From the NCBI RefSeq assembly GCF_013167455.1, contig NZ_CP038328.1: DNA of 64,000 nt; one strand, 5' to 3'. The translations under genes and the position numbers were made by a program. This stretch comes from Escherichia coli O157:H7 (GTDB taxonomy: Bacteria; Pseudomonadota; Gammaproteobacteria; Enterobacterales; Enterobacteriaceae). Below, piece after piece: positions 35,056 through 46,234 of the stretch (the first letter of the stretch is position 1; every line of letters starts with the position of its first letter). A model generated the notes under the pieces. The model did no database searches, had not been told where the DNA came from, and saw only the letters and a list, made by a program, of their open reading frames with translations.

Positions 35056-35712
35056 TTACTTTATTTTATAAAATGACAGCCGCCCGCTTTTCGGCGATCC
35101 GGTATCAATATAAATCTGGTTAGCGAACGTCTGAATGTTATCAAACATCATATGTCCAAATATAAAATAATCAGCGCCGTTTATTTGTTGTAACTCGCCA
35201 TTAAGCGATTTCTGCACACGATCAACAGGCCAGAGTAATTCGCTCTCCGCTATTTCTTTACCAAAGAGATATTCACTCCCCGGATAATCTGCATGTGCGA
35301 TGACATATTTTATGTTGTCGTTAGTGATTTCAATAATATGTGGAAGGTGATGGAATTTCAGCAACAGATCTGTAGCTTCTTTTTGCTCTGAATCATTTAA
35401 ATCGAAAAACCAGTCACCACCGCTGGCAAGCCACATATTGCCATCGCCGGTCGCGAACGCATCCAGCGCCATTGCTTCGTGGTTGCCTTTAACGGAGATA
35501 AACCAGGGCTGGTTTAGCAGGCGCAGGACGTTAAGACTCTCCGGCCCACGATCAATATTATCGCCGACAGAAATAAGTAAGTCGGTTTCGGGGAAAAAAG
35601 AGAGTTGATGTAAGCGGGATTGTAATAACTGATATTCACCATGAATATCACCAACGACCCATATATGGCGATAGTGATGGGTATTGATTTTTTGATAGCG
35701 TGTAGATGGCAT
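35056..35712 (-). CDS. pphB: serine/threonine protein phosphatase 2
   Basis: 218-aa ORF; metallophosphatase motifs (GDIHG, GDNIDRG, GNHE). Confidence 0.85.
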   Translation of the reverse strand: MPSTRYQKINTHHYRHIWVVGDIHGEYQLLQSRLHQLSFFPETDLLISVGDNIDRGPESLNVLRLLNQPWFISVKGNHEAMALDAFATGDGNMWLASGGDWFFDLNDSEQKEATDLLLKFHHLPHIIEITNDNIKYVIAHADYPGSEYLFGKEIAESELLWPVDRVQKSLNGELQQINGADYFIFGHMMFDNIQTFANQIYIDTGSPKSGRLSFYKIK

Positions 35713-35817
35713 GGTTTTACCCTGTAAAATAAGCTTTCCTATTATACAGGGTATTTTTATTTGATTCGTCAGTTATCGTTAATATTCCCGATAGCAAAAG
35801 ACTATCGGGAATTATTA

Positions 35818-38379
35818 TTACACCAGACTCTTCAGGCGATAAATCCATTCCAGCGCCTGACGCGGGGTGAGTGAATCCGGATCGAGGTTTTCCAGTGCCT
35901 CGACTGCAGGCGAGGTTTCTTCCGGTACGGACAGCAAAGACATTTGCGTACCATCCACTTGCGTAGCGGCGGCGTTCGGCGAAATGCTTTCCAGCTCACG
36001 CAGTTTTTGCCGTGCGCGCTTAATAACCTCTTTTGGCACGCCGGCCAGAGCTGCAACCGCCAGGCCGTAGCTTTTGCTCGCCGCGCCATCCTGCACGCTA
36101 TGCATAAAGGCAATGGTGTCGCCGTGCTCCAGTGCATCGAGATGCACGTTGGCGACGCCTTCCATTTTCTCCGGTAACTGGGTCAGCTCGAAATAGTGGG
36201 TGGCAAACAGCGTCAACGCCTTAATCTTATTCGCCAGATTTTCCGCGCACGCCCACGCCAGCGACAGACCATCGTAAGTGGACGTTCCGCGCCCAATCTC
36301 ATCCATCAGCACCAGACTGTACTCGGTGGCGTTATGCAGAATATTAGCGGTTTCGGTCATCTCCACCATAAAGGTTGAACGCCCGGAAGCCAGATCATCC
36401 GCTGCCCCTACGCGGGTAAAGATACGGTCAATCGGGCCAATCTCGACTTTTTGCGCCGGTACGTAGCTGCCGATATAGGCCATCAGCGCAATCAGTGCGG
36501 TCTGGCGCATATAGGTACTTTTACCGCCCATGTTCGGACCGGTAATAATCAACATCCGGCGCTGCGGTGACAGATTCAGCGGGTTGGCGATAAATGGCTC
36601 GTTCAGCACCTGTTCAACCACCGGATGGCGGCCTTCGGTAATGCGAATGCCCGGTTTATCAATGAAGGTCGGGCAGGTGTAGTTCAGGGTATAGGCCCGT
36701 TCCGCCAGGTTCACCAGCACGTCGAGTTCCGCCAGCGCGCTCGCGCTCTGTTGCAACGCTTCCAGATGCGGCAACAGCAGGTCGAACAGCTCTTCATAAA
36801 GCTGTTTTTCCAGAGCCAGTGCTTTGCCTTTTGAAGTGAGGACTTTATCTTCGTACTCTTTTAGCTCTGGAATGATGTAGCGCTCGGCGTTTTTCAGCGT
36901 CTGGCGACGCATATAGTTGATAGGTGCCAGATGGCTTTGCCCACGGCTGATTTGAATGTAGTAGCCGTGCACCGCATTAAAGCCAACTTTTAGCGTGTCC
37001 AGGCCGGTACGTTCACGCTCGCGGACTTCCAGACGCTCCAGATAATCGGTCGCGCCGTCAGCCAGCGCGCGCCACTCATCCAGCTCTTCGTTATAGCCTG
37101 ATGCGATAACACCACCGTCGCGTACCAGCACCGGCGGTGTGTCGATGATTGCTCGCTCCAGCAGATCGCGCAGCTCGGCAAACTCGCCCATCTTCTCACG
37201 TAGCGCCTGTACTGGTGCACTATCAACAGTTTCTAACTGCGCACGCAGCTCCGGCAGTTGCTGGAAAGCGTGACGCATACGGGCCAGATCGCGTGGGCGA
37301 GCGGTACGCAACGCCAGACGCGCCAGAATACGTTCCAGGTCGCCGACCTGACGTAGTACCGGCTGCAACTCGGCGGTGAAATCCTGCAATGCGCCAATAG
37401 TTTGCTGGCGCTCAAGCAACACGCGGGTATCGCGCACTGGCATATGCAGCCAGCGTTTCAGCATACGGCTGCCCATCGGCGTGACGGTGCAGTCGAGCAC
37501 AGAAGCCAGCGTATTTTCCGCACCACCCGCCAGGTTCTGGGTGATTTCCAGATTACGACGCGTCGCGGCATCCATAATGATGCTGTCCTGCTCACGTTCC
37601 ATGGTGATGGAACGAATATGCGGCAGAGTCGTACGTTGGGTATCTTTCGCATACTGCAACAGACAACCGGCAGCACAAAGTCCGCGCGGCGCGTTCTCGA
37701 CGCCAAAACCGACCAGATCGCGGGTCCCAAATTGCAGATTCAACTGCTGGCGCGCGGTGTCGATTTCAAACTCCCACAGCGGGCGACGGCGCAGGCCGCG
37801 ACGGCCTTCAATTAACGACATTTCAGCAAAATCTTCTGCATACAGCAGTTCCGCAGGATTAGTGCGTTGCAGTTCTGCCGCCATCGTTTCCCGGTCAGCC
37901 GGTTCGCTCAGGCGAAAACGACCGGAACTGATATCCAGCGTCGCGTAGCCGAAACCTTTGCTGTCCTGCCAGATAGCCGCCAGCAGGTTGTCCTGACGCT
38001 CCTGCAACAGGGCTTCATCGCTGATGGTGCCTGGCGTAACGATACGCACAACTTTGCGCTCAACCGGACCTTTGCTGGTCGCCGGATCGCCAATTTGTTC
38101 GCAGATGGCAACGGACTCGCCCTGATTCACCAGTTTGGCGAGGTAGTTTTCCACCGCATGGTAGGGAATCCCCGCCATCGGGATCGGCTCTCCCGCCGAA
38201 GCACCGCGTTTGGTCAGTGAAATATCCAGCAGTTGCGACGCGCGTTTTGCGTCGTCATAAAACAGTTCATAAAAATCACCCATCCGGTAAAACAGCAGGA
38301 TCTCGGGATGCTGGGCTTTCAGCTTGAGATACTGCTGCATCATGGGCGTATGGGCGTCGAAATTTTCTATTGCACTCAT
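35818..38379 (-). CDS. mutS: DNA mismatch repair protein MutS
   Basis: 853-aa ORF; Walker [10 protein letters not shown]. Confidence 0.97.
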
Positions 38380-38619
38380 GGGGTTATGTCCGGTTCCCTG
38401 ATATTAAATGGGGTGTGATGGTTTTTATTTTCGTTGTAATCACATAAGGCGCACATGATACCGGAGTTAATCATTTCAGGGGAAGAAGCGAACGGCGAGT
38501 TCTTGATGCTGGTTCCGGGAAAGATGCTGTTTTGCAGCTTTTGCGTGATGCTTATGAAGCAAGTACGCAAAATTGTATCGGTTGGCTAACCCTTCTTCTT
38601 TAGAGTCATAGTGCCCTTT

Positions 38620-38648
38620 AAGATTAAGTTGTAATATAAATGCATCTT
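38620..38648. promoter_or_regulatory. candidate NsrR operator upstream of ygbA
   Basis: aagattaagttgtaatataaatgcatctt; right half AAATGCATCTT fits the NsrR half-site as recalled. Confidence 0.45.
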
Positions 38649-38665
38649 AATGAGGTGGAGGCAGT

Positions 38666-39019
38666 ATGTCCGGCAAGCGTATCTCTCGTGAAAAACTGAC
38701 GATTAAAAAAATGATCGATCTTTATCAAGCGAAATGCCCGCAGGCGTCAGCGGAGCCGGAGCATTACGAGGCGTTGTTTGTTTACGCGCAAAAGCGGCTG
38801 GATAAATGTGTGTTCGGCGAAGAGAAACCAGCCTGTAAGCAGTGTCCGGTGCACTGTTACCAGCCTGCAAAGCGTGAAGAGATGAAACAGATTATGCGTT
38901 GGGCCGGGCCGAGAATGCTGTGGCGTCATCCGATCTTAACCGTGCGTCATCTCATCGATGACAAGTGTCCGGTGCCAGAACTGCCGGAAAAATATCGTCC
39001 GAAAAAACCTCGTGAATAG
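38666..39019 (+). CDS. ygbA: YgbA (nitrosative-stress-associated small protein)
   Basis: 117-aa ORF with GAGGTGGAGG upstream; synteny. Confidence 0.8.
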   Translation: MSGKRISREKLTIKKMIDLYQAKCPQASAEPEHYEALFVYAQKRLDKCVFGEEKPACKQCPVHCYQPAKREEMKQIMRWAGPRMLWRHPILTVRHLIDDKCPVPELPEKYRPKKPRE

Positions 39020-39055
39020 TATGCCGGACAGGCAGATCTGTCCGGCAATTTGCAG

Positions 39056-41134
39056 TTAAATCAATGCCGATTTATCAATTCCCAGTCGCTTCATCCGTGA
39101 CAGCAGGGTCGTGCGTTTCAGCCCCAGACGTTGCGCAGCGCCTTTAGGCCCGGCAACCACGCCGTTAGTTTCTTTCAGCACGCGAACAATCAACTGATAT
39201 TCATCTTCGCCCTCCTGAGCGACAACCGTTGCGGCAGGCGGCGTTTCAGGCTCCGGTAAAGCAATATCTGGCAATGACAGCTGCAGCACGTTGCCGCGTG
39301 TTAGCAATACCGCGCGCTCAATGACGTTTTCCAGTTCGCGTACGTTACCCGGCCACTCCATATTGCTCAAGGTGCGCAACGTCTCGGCAGGAATGCTGTC
39401 GATATTGCGCCCCAGACGACGGGCAATTTTGAAGGTAAAGGCTTTCGCCAGCAGCGGAATATCTTCCGGACGCTCGCGTAGTGGCGGCAGGTGAATCGGG
39501 AATACGTTCAGGCGGTAATAGAGATCGCTACGGAACTCACGGTCGGCGACCATTTTTTTCAGATCGCGGTTAGTCGCGGCGATTAGACGCACGTCCGTCT
39601 GAATGATTTTGTTGCTGCCGAGGCGTTCAAACTCCTGTTCCTGCAATACACGCAGCAACTTCGGCTGTAACTCCAGTGGCATATCGCCCACTTCGTCGAG
39701 GAACAGGGAGCTTTTATCCGCCAGTTCAAAACGACCGATACGCTGGGCGCTGGCACCGGTAAAAGCCCCACGCTCATGACCAAACAGATCGCTCTCCAGC
39801 AATCCGGCAGGCATCGCCGCGCAGTTCATTTTGACCATGCGGCGATTATTACGCCCACTGAGATTATGGATAGCACGGGCAATCAGCTCTTTACCCGTGC
39901 CAGTTTCACCGAGGATCAGCACGGTACTGTCACTTTGCGCCACCATTTCAACTTGTTTAAGCACGCTGTACATGGCTTCGCTGCGGCCAATAATCTCGCC
40001 AAATTCACTATCAACATTGTTGAGCTGCTCGGTCAGGGCGAGGTTTTCATCAACCAGCCGTTCTTTCAGACGATGGATTTCCTGATAGGCGAGGGCGTTA
40101 TCGACAGCGATTGCCACACGTTCGGCAATCTGGCGCAGTAAATTCAGATTGGTAGTGGTAAACACTTTCTCTTCACATTGCGCCAGTTTCAGCACGCCCA
40201 GCATGGTGTCGCCAGACATCAGCGGTAACAGGCACAAGGTTTGAATCTGGTTGCCCCAGGTATCGAACAACATGCGTTCATAGGGGGCTAAATCATCCCG
40301 CTCGTGGAGATTAATCAGCAGCATCTCTTTACTTTTGAACACGCGTTCGGTGAGGGTTCCGGCTTCATCGACTTCGCTCTGTTCGTGGGCGGGATGCTGT
40401 TTATCAAGATAGTGAGTGGAGTAGATGTTGAGTTTGTTTTTACGGTGGCTGCGTAAGACGATACTGATATCGTCAATATCGAAATAGTAATGGATTTCTT
40501 TGGCGACTTCGCTGACCAGTTCGTCCATATCCAGGCGGGAAAGCACCGCGTTGGTGATGGCGACCAGGATGCGGAAGTTATCGCGTTCCCGGCATAACAA
40601 CTCATAGTCGACATTGTTAACGACGCGACTCTGGATTTGTTCGGTGACGACAGAAACGATCTGCGTAAATGTTTGCAGACGATTGAACTCTTTTTCGCTC
40701 CAGGGGCGATCGTCATAACGAATAAATTCACAGCCACCAAAAATATGCCCTTCCGCCGCCAGTGGCATCAGGCAATAGTGACCAAATTTTGGGTATAGCC
40801 CACCTGCGGCCAGCTGCGGCCAGGTTTCACAAAATTCTTCGTAACTGCAATGCAACGTATCAGGGCGCGACAAAATGCTGCGTACCGGACCGTGTGCCAG
40901 AACAGTTTCGTCTTCATATTTAATGGGGGTGTCTTTTTCACGCGATGCGTAATAAGACGCACGTTGAGTCTGCGCTTGCCACAACACAATAGCCGCGTTG
41001 TCGGCGAGCGCAGAACGCTTTACCAGTTGCGAAAGAGCCTCACACAGCGAGGCCAGATCGGGCTGCTGCAATAGTGTCCGAGTGATGTCGAACAACCCTT
41101 GCTGTCCGAGATCACTCATCGGTGTATATGACAT
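39056..41134 (-). CDS. fhlA: formate hydrogenlyase transcriptional activator (sigma54 EBP)
   Basis: ORF 39056..41170; start at MSYTPMSD giving 692 aa; GAF and AAA+ (GETGTGKE) domains. Confidence 0.9.
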   Translation of the reverse strand: MSYTPMSDLGQQGLFDITRTLLQQPDLASLCEALSQLVKRSALADNAAIVLWQAQTQRASYYASREKDTPIKYEDETVLAHGPVRSILSRPDTLHCSYEEFCETWPQLAAGGLYPKFGHYCLMPLAAEGHIFGGCEFIRYDDRPWSEKEFNRLQTFTQIVSVVTEQIQSRVVNNVDYELLCRERDNFRILVAITNAVLSRLDMDELVSEVAKEIHYYFDIDDISIVLRSHRKNKLNIYSTHYLDKQHPAHEQSEVDEAGTLTERVFKSKEMLLINLHERDDLAPYERMLFDTWGNQIQTLCLLPLMSGDTMLGVLKLAQCEEKVFTTTNLNLLRQIAERVAIAVDNALAYQEIHRLKERLVDENLALTEQLNNVDSEFGEIIGRSEAMYSVLKQVEMVAQSDSTVLILGETGTGKELIARAIHNLSGRNNRRMVKMNCAAMPAGLLESDLFGHERGAFTGASAQRIGRFELADKSSLFLDEVGDMPLELQPKLLRVLQEQEFERLGSNKIIQTDVRLIAATNRDLKKMVADREFRSDLYYRLNVFPIHLPPLRERPEDIPLLAKAFTFKIARRLGRNIDSIPAETLRTLSNMEWPGNVRELENVIERAVLLTRGNVLQLSLPDIALPEPETPPAATVVAQEGEDEYQLIVRVLKETNGVVAGPKGAAQRLGLKRTTLLSRMKRLGIDKSALI

Positions 41135-41207
41135 TTTGTTCTTCCAGGAAAGCACCGCAAAGCGGTGCAAAAGGTCATTGACTAACTATAGGAGATTTAG
41201 AATTTTA

Positions 41208-42218
41208 TTAGCATATACGCGGAAGCGGTTCGGCGTGTGGTAAATCGAGGGTTCGTTTCACGCCATACAGACCGGCAAGACGAACACCTTTACGTTCCAC
41301 CACTTCACCAATCAGCGCCGCGTCTTTCCCCAGTGGATGGGAATGTAACGCTGCCAGCACTTGCTCTGCCGCGTTGCGTTCAACGGCGATCACCAGTTTG
41401 CCTTCGTTGGCAAAGTTCAGGGCGTCCAGTCCCAGCAATTCGCAAACGCCGCGCACGGCAGGTTTAACCGGCAGCGCTGATTCAGAAATTTCAATACCGC
41501 AACCGCAGGCTGCCGCGAACTCATGAACCACCGCGTTTACACCACCACGGGTGGCATCACGCAGCGCTTTCACGCCGGGAATGTCACGCAGCGTCTGAAT
41601 AAGCGGCGTCAGCACCGCGCAGTCGCTGACCAGTTCGCCATCCAGCCCCAGCTGCTCACGCAGGTTAAGGATAGTCGCCCCGTGGTCGCCGAGTGTACCG
41701 CTAACCAGCAATATATCGCCTGCGGTTAGCGTCTGTGCGCCCCAGTGAATATTCGTCGGAATTGCGCCCATGCCCGCGGTGTTGATAAACAGTTTATCTG
41801 CCGCGCCGCGCTGCACCACTTTAGTATCGCCAGTAACGATGGCAATGCCTGCCGTGCGGGCGGTTTCTGCCATGCTGGTCACTACGGCTTTCAGTGTCTC
41901 CATCGGCAATCCTTCTTCGAGGATAAAGCCACAGGAGAGATAGCGCGGAATAGCGCCACTGACCGCAACGTCATTCGCGGTGCCGCAAATCGCCAGCTTG
42001 CCGATATTACCGCCAGGGAAGAACAGCGGGTCAATAACGTAACTGTCGGTGGAGAACGCCAGACGGTCGCCTTCCGCTACCAGCTGCGCCAGATCAAGAC
42101 GTGCCTGATCTTCCTGCTCTGCCAGCCACGGGTTGGCAAAGGCTTCCATAAACAGGCTGTTGATTAATTGCTGCATCGCCTGGCCGCCGCTACCGTGGGC
42201 GAGTTGGATATTATTCAC
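41208..42218 (-). CDS. hypE: hydrogenase maturation protein HypE
   Basis: 336-aa ORF. Confidence 0.9.
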   Translation of the reverse strand: MNNIQLAHGSGGQAMQQLINSLFMEAFANPWLAEQEDQARLDLAQLVAEGDRLAFSTDSYVIDPLFFPGGNIGKLAICGTANDVAVSGAIPRYLSCGFILEEGLPMETLKAVVTSMAETARTAGIAIVTGDTKVVQRGAADKLFINTAGMGAIPTNIHWGAQTLTAGDILLVSGTLGDHGATILNLREQLGLDGELVSDCAVLTPLIQTLRDIPGVKALRDATRGGVNAVVHEFAAACGCGIEISESALPVKPAVRGVCELLGLDALNFANEGKLVIAVERNAAEQVLAALHSHPLGKDAALIGEVVERKGVRLAGLYGVKRTLDLPHAEPLPRIC

Positions 42219-43336
42219 GCTTCACTCTCCTGCTGACGATACTGATACCACGCGGCGCACGCTCCTTCGGAGGAAACCATCAGCGCACCAAACGCGGTTT
42301 GAGGATTACAGGTGTTACCAAACAGCGGGCATTGATGCGGCTTACATTTGCCCGTCAAGACTTCGCCACAACGCGCGCGCGGGTCATCGCAGACCTGCTG
42401 CGGTGCCGGGCGGAAATGTGCTTCGGCATCGAATCGTTGATAATCCGGCGTCAGGTGCACGCCAGAAGATTCAATCACGCCTAAGCCGCGCCATTCGCTG
42501 TCGCCGTTGACACAGAACACATCGGCAATCGCCTGTTGCGCCAGCAGGTTACCGGCATCCGGTACCACCCGACGATACTGATTCTCTACCTTGCTGTGGG
42601 CCGCTATTTTCTGCTCCACCAGCATGACCACGCCTTGCAGTAGATCAAGGGGTTCGAAACCAGCCACCACCAGCGGACGCTGAAAATCGCTGGCGATAAA
42701 ATTATAGGCATCAGTGCCGATAACCATACTAACGTGGCCCGGCGCGAGGAACGCGTCGATACCGTTATCCGGCTGTTCCAGCAAACTGCGCAGCGTCGGG
42801 ATAAGCGTAATATGCTGGCAGAAGAAGTAAAAATTCTGCACATCACGCGCTTTCGCCTGTTGCAGAGTGATGGCGGTGGTCGGCATGGTGGTTTCAAAAC
42901 CTAAGCCGAAGAACACCACTTTGCGGGTTGGATTCTCCTGCGCCAGTTTCAACGCATCCATCGGCGAATAGACGATGCGCACATCGGCACCGCGTGCTTT
43001 TGCCTGCAACAGCGATCCCTGTTTCCCCGGCACGCGCATGGCGTCGCCAAAGGTACAGAAGATGACTGCCGGATGGCTGGCAATCTCCACGCAGGTGTCG
43101 ATTCTGCCCATCGGCAGTACGCACACCGGGCAACCCGGACCGTGGATAAACTCAACGTTTTCAGGCAGTAACTGGTCGAGGCCGAATTTAAAAATGGCGT
43201 GGGTATGACCACCGCACACTTCCATAATCCGCAGAGGGCGTTCGGCGGTGTAAGAGAGATGTGAAGCACGTTCGCGCAGATGCTCAATTAACTGCATCAC
43301 CTGTTCCGGCGCGCGATATTCATCAACAAAACGCAT
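42215..43336 (-). CDS. hypD: hydrogenase maturation protein HypD
   Basis: 373-aa ORF. Confidence 0.9.
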   Translation of the reverse strand: MRFVDEYRAPEQVMQLIEHLRERASHLSYTAERPLRIMEVCGGHTHAIFKFGLDQLLPENVEFIHGPGCPVCVLPMGRIDTCVEIASHPAVIFCTFGDAMRVPGKQGSLLQAKARGADVRIVYSPMDALKLAQENPTRKVVFFGLGFETTMPTTAITLQQAKARDVQNFYFFCQHITLIPTLRSLLEQPDNGIDAFLAPGHVSMVIGTDAYNFIASDFQRPLVVAGFEPLDLLQGVVMLVEQKIAAHSKVENQYRRVVPDAGNLLAQQAIADVFCVNGDSEWRGLGVIESSGVHLTPDYQRFDAEAHFRPAPQQVCDDPRARCGEVLTGKCKPHQCPLFGNTCNPQTAFGALMVSSEGACAAWYQYRQQESEA

Positions 43337-43608
43337 TATTTTTCCTCGCCATACAACAGCGCGCCGACATCCGGCTCAACGTCAAACATGTTTTGCAAGG
43401 CGTCGAGAGTGTCGCGTGCTTCGGCTTCATTAATTACGCTCATGGCAAAGCCAACGTGTACCAGTACCCACTGGCCCACGCGCGGCTGACCGTTTTCATC
43501 GCAGCTGCCGACTAACGTTAAATCGACATCGCGCTGAATGCCGCAGACGTCGACTTTCGCCTGGTTACCGTCAATGGTGCGGATCTGGCCGGGAACGCCT
43601 ATGCACAT
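43336..43608 (-). CDS. hypC: hydrogenase maturation chaperone HypC
   Basis: ORF 43336..43635; start at MCIGVPGQI giving 90 aa. Confidence 0.85.
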   Translation of the reverse strand: MCIGVPGQIRTIDGNQAKVDVCGIQRDVDLTLVGSCDENGQPRVGQWVLVHVGFAMSVINEAEARDTLDALQNMFDVEPDVGALLYGEEK

Positions 43609-44471
43609 CGCTGTGTCTCCAGCCAGTTCAGCCACTGGTCCATCCCTTCGCCGCTGGTGGCGGAAATAAGGATGATTTCAATTTCTGGATTGACTTCGCG
43701 GGCGCAGGCGATGCACTTCTCAACGTCAAAGTTGAGATACGGCAACAGGTCAACTTTGTTGAGCAGCATCAGCGAGGCGGCGGCAAACATATGCGGATAT
43801 TTCAGCGGTTTGTCTTCACCTTCGGTAACGGAAAGCACCGCCACTTTGTGTTTTTCACCGAGATCGAAGCTGGCCGGGCATACGAGGTTGCCAACGTTTT
43901 CGATAAACAGAATACCGTTATCGTCCAGTGGCAGACGCGGTGCGGCGTCGGCAATCATCTGTGCGTCAAGATGGCAGCCTTTACCGGTGTTCACCTGAAT
44001 CGCTGGTGTGCCGGTAGCGCGAATGCGTGCGGCATCGTTCACGGTTTGCTGGTCACCTTCAATAACCGCGCACGGAACGCTGTCTTTCAGGCGCATTAAG
44101 GTTTCCGTCAGCAGGGTGGTTTTACCGGAACCTGGGCTGGAAACCAGGTTGAGCACCAGTTGCTTGCAGGCAGCAAAGCGCGCGCGGTTGCGTTCAGCCA
44201 GACGGTTATTTTTGTCCAGCACGTCAATTTCGACTTCCAGCATCCGACGCTGGCTCATGCCCGGTGCGTGAGTGCCCGCTTCGCCATGACCGTAATGCAG
44301 GTCGCCTTCTTCAGTCTGGCTGGGGGTAAATTCAGGCGCTTTAATGCCGGTGATTTTCATCTTCGGGCGTGCCGCCGGGGCAAATGGCGCGCTACGAAAC
44401 GCGGAATGAGGGTTATGTTCATCACCCTCGATATACAGGTTGCCTTCACCGCAACCGCATGTTGTACACAT
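43599..44471 (-). CDS. hypB: hydrogenase nickel incorporation GTPase HypB
   Basis: 290-aa ORF; N-terminal Cys/His metal-binding region; GTPase motifs. Confidence 0.9.
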   Translation of the reverse strand: MCTTCGCGEGNLYIEGDEHNPHSAFRSAPFAPAARPKMKITGIKAPEFTPSQTEEGDLHYGHGEAGTHAPGMSQRRMLEVEIDVLDKNNRLAERNRARFAACKQLVLNLVSSPGSGKTTLLTETLMRLKDSVPCAVIEGDQQTVNDAARIRATGTPAIQVNTGKGCHLDAQMIADAAPRLPLDDNGILFIENVGNLVCPASFDLGEKHKVAVLSVTEGEDKPLKYPHMFAAASLMLLNKVDLLPYLNFDVEKCIACAREVNPEIEIILISATSGEGMDQWLNWLETQRCA

Positions 44472-44474
44472 CGC

Positions 44475-44825
44475 TCACTCCTGGTCTATTTCTATCCGCC
44501 GAATCTGTAAACCGTCGTCTGCCACAATCTGTAGCATGTCACCATGACACTGTGGACAGCGGCGGACGCGCTGGGTCAGTAGCGTCACATACTGTTGGCA
44601 TGTTTCACACCAGCATTCGGCCTCTTGTTCTTCGAGGTGCAGTTTACAACCTTCCGCCACGCTGCCGCGGCAAACCAGATCAAAACAAAAGGCAAGAGAG
44701 CTGGTTTCGACACAAGAAAATGCGCCAATTTTGAGCCAGACCCCAGTTACGCGTTTTGCGCCGTGTTTTGCGGCCTGCTGTTCGATCAATTCCAGTGCCC
44801 GTTGGCAGAGGGTTATTTCGTGCAT
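44475..44825 (-). CDS. hypA: hydrogenase nickel incorporation protein HypA
   Basis: ORF 44475..44837; start at MHEITLCQ giving 116 aa; CxxC...CxxC. Confidence 0.85.
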   Translation of the reverse strand: MHEITLCQRALELIEQQAAKHGAKRVTGVWLKIGAFSCVETSSLAFCFDLVCRGSVAEGCKLHLEEQEAECWCETCQQYVTLLTQRVRRCPQCHGDMLQIVADDGLQIRRIEIDQE

Positions 44826-44855
44826 ATCGCCTCCCATTAACTATTGCCAGCTACA

Positions 44856-44871
44856 AGCAATAATTGTGCCA
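44856..44871 (-). promoter_or_regulatory. sigma54 -24/-12 promoter for hyp operon
   Basis: minus strand TGGCACaattatTGCT (GG and GC correctly spaced), about 30 bp upstream of hypA ATG. Confidence 0.6.
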
Positions 44872-44984
44872 GTGTTGATTATCCCTGCAGTGAATAATGT
44901 CGATGATGTCGAAATGACACGTCGACACGGCGACGAAATTCACCAAAATCTTAAAAATCGCTTTAATAATAATAAATTAAAAGT

Positions 44985-45000
44985 TGGCACAAAAAATGCT
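44985..45000 (+). promoter_or_regulatory. sigma54 -24/-12 promoter for hyc operon
   Basis: TGGCACaaaaaaTGCT upstream of hycA ATG 45037. Confidence 0.65.
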
Positions 45001-45036
45001 TAAAGCTGGCATCTCTGTTAAACGGGTAACCTGACA

Positions 45037-45498
45037 ATGACTATTTGGGAAATAAGCGAGAAAGCCGATTACATCGCACAGCGGCATCGTCGCCTACAGG
45101 ACCAGTGGCACATCTACTGCAATTCGCTGGTTCAGGGGATCACGTTATCGAAAGCGCGCCTGCATCACGCCATGAGCTGCGCGCCGGACAAAGAACTCTG
45201 TTTCGTCCTTTTTGAACATTTTCGTATTTACGTCACCCTGGCGGATGGCTTTAACAGCCACACCATCGAGTATTACGTCGAAACAAAAGATGGCGAAGAC
45301 AAACAGCGGATTGCGCAGGCGCAACTGAGCATTGACGGCATGATTGATGGCAAGGTCAACATCCGCGATCGCGAACAGGTTCTGGAACACTATCTCGAAA
45401 AAATCGCTGGCGTTTACGACAGCTTATACACCGCTATTGAAAACAATGTGCCGGTGAATTTAAGCCAACTGGTAAAGGGACAAAGCCCGGCAGCATGA
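45037..45498 (+). CDS. hycA: formate hydrogenlyase regulatory protein HycA
   Basis: 153-aa ORF. Confidence 0.85.
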   Translation: MTIWEISEKADYIAQRHRRLQDQWHIYCNSLVQGITLSKARLHHAMSCAPDKELCFVLFEHFRIYVTLADGFNSHTIEYYVETKDGEDKQRIAQAQLSIDGMIDGKVNIRDREQVLEHYLEKIAGVYDSLYTAIENNVPVNLSQLVKGQSPAA

Positions 45499-45622
45499 GC
45501 TGAGGCTTTGCCCGTTTTGCAGGCGTTACGCCTGTTTGGGGATGGGCGTGTCGATGAGTGTCGAAAATGACATTTCATCGGCATGTTTTCGTCAAAAATG
45601 ACAATCACCTGAGGAATGCCTG

Positions 45623-46234
45623 GTGAATCGTTTTGTAATTGCTGACTCCACGCTCTGTATCGGTTGCCACACTTGTGAGGCCGCCTGTTCAGAGACGCAT
45701 CGCCAGCACGGCCTGCAATCAATGCCGCGCCTGAGAGTGATGCTAAATGAAAAAGAATCTGCGCCGCAGCTCTGTCACCACTGTGAAGATGCACCCTGCG
45801 CGGTGGTCTGCCCGGTTAACGCCATCACCCGCGTTGATGGGGCCGTGCAGTTGAATGAAAGCCTGTGCGTAAGCTGCAAGCTGTGCGGCATCGCCTGCCC
45901 GTTTGGCGCAATTGAATTTTCCGGCAGCCGTCCGCTGGATATTCCTGCAAATGCCAATACCCCGAAAGCGCCACCGGCACCGCCTGCTCCGGCGCGTATC
46001 AGTACGCTGCTTGACTGGGTGCCGGGTATTCGCGCGATCGCCGTCAAATGTGACCTTTGTAGCTTTGATGAACAAGGTCCGGCCTGCGTGCGGATGTGCC
46101 CGACTAAAGCCCTGCATCTGGTGGATAACACCGATATCGCCCGCGTCAGCAAACGTAAGCGTGAGCTGACCTTTAACACGGACTTTGGCGATCTCACCTT
46201 GTTTCAGCAGGCTCAAAGTGGAGAGGCTAAATGA
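45623..46234 (+). CDS. hycB: formate hydrogenlyase Fe-S subunit HycB
   Basis: 203-aa ORF; 4Fe-4S cysteine clusters. Confidence 0.9.
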   Translation: MNRFVIADSTLCIGCHTCEAACSETHRQHGLQSMPRLRVMLNEKESAPQLCHHCEDAPCAVVCPVNAITRVDGAVQLNESLCVSCKLCGIACPFGAIEFSGSRPLDIPANANTPKAPPAPPAPARISTLLDWVPGIRAIAVKCDLCSFDEQGPACVRMCPTKALHLVDNTDIARVSKRKRELTFNTDFGDLTLFQQAQSGEAK

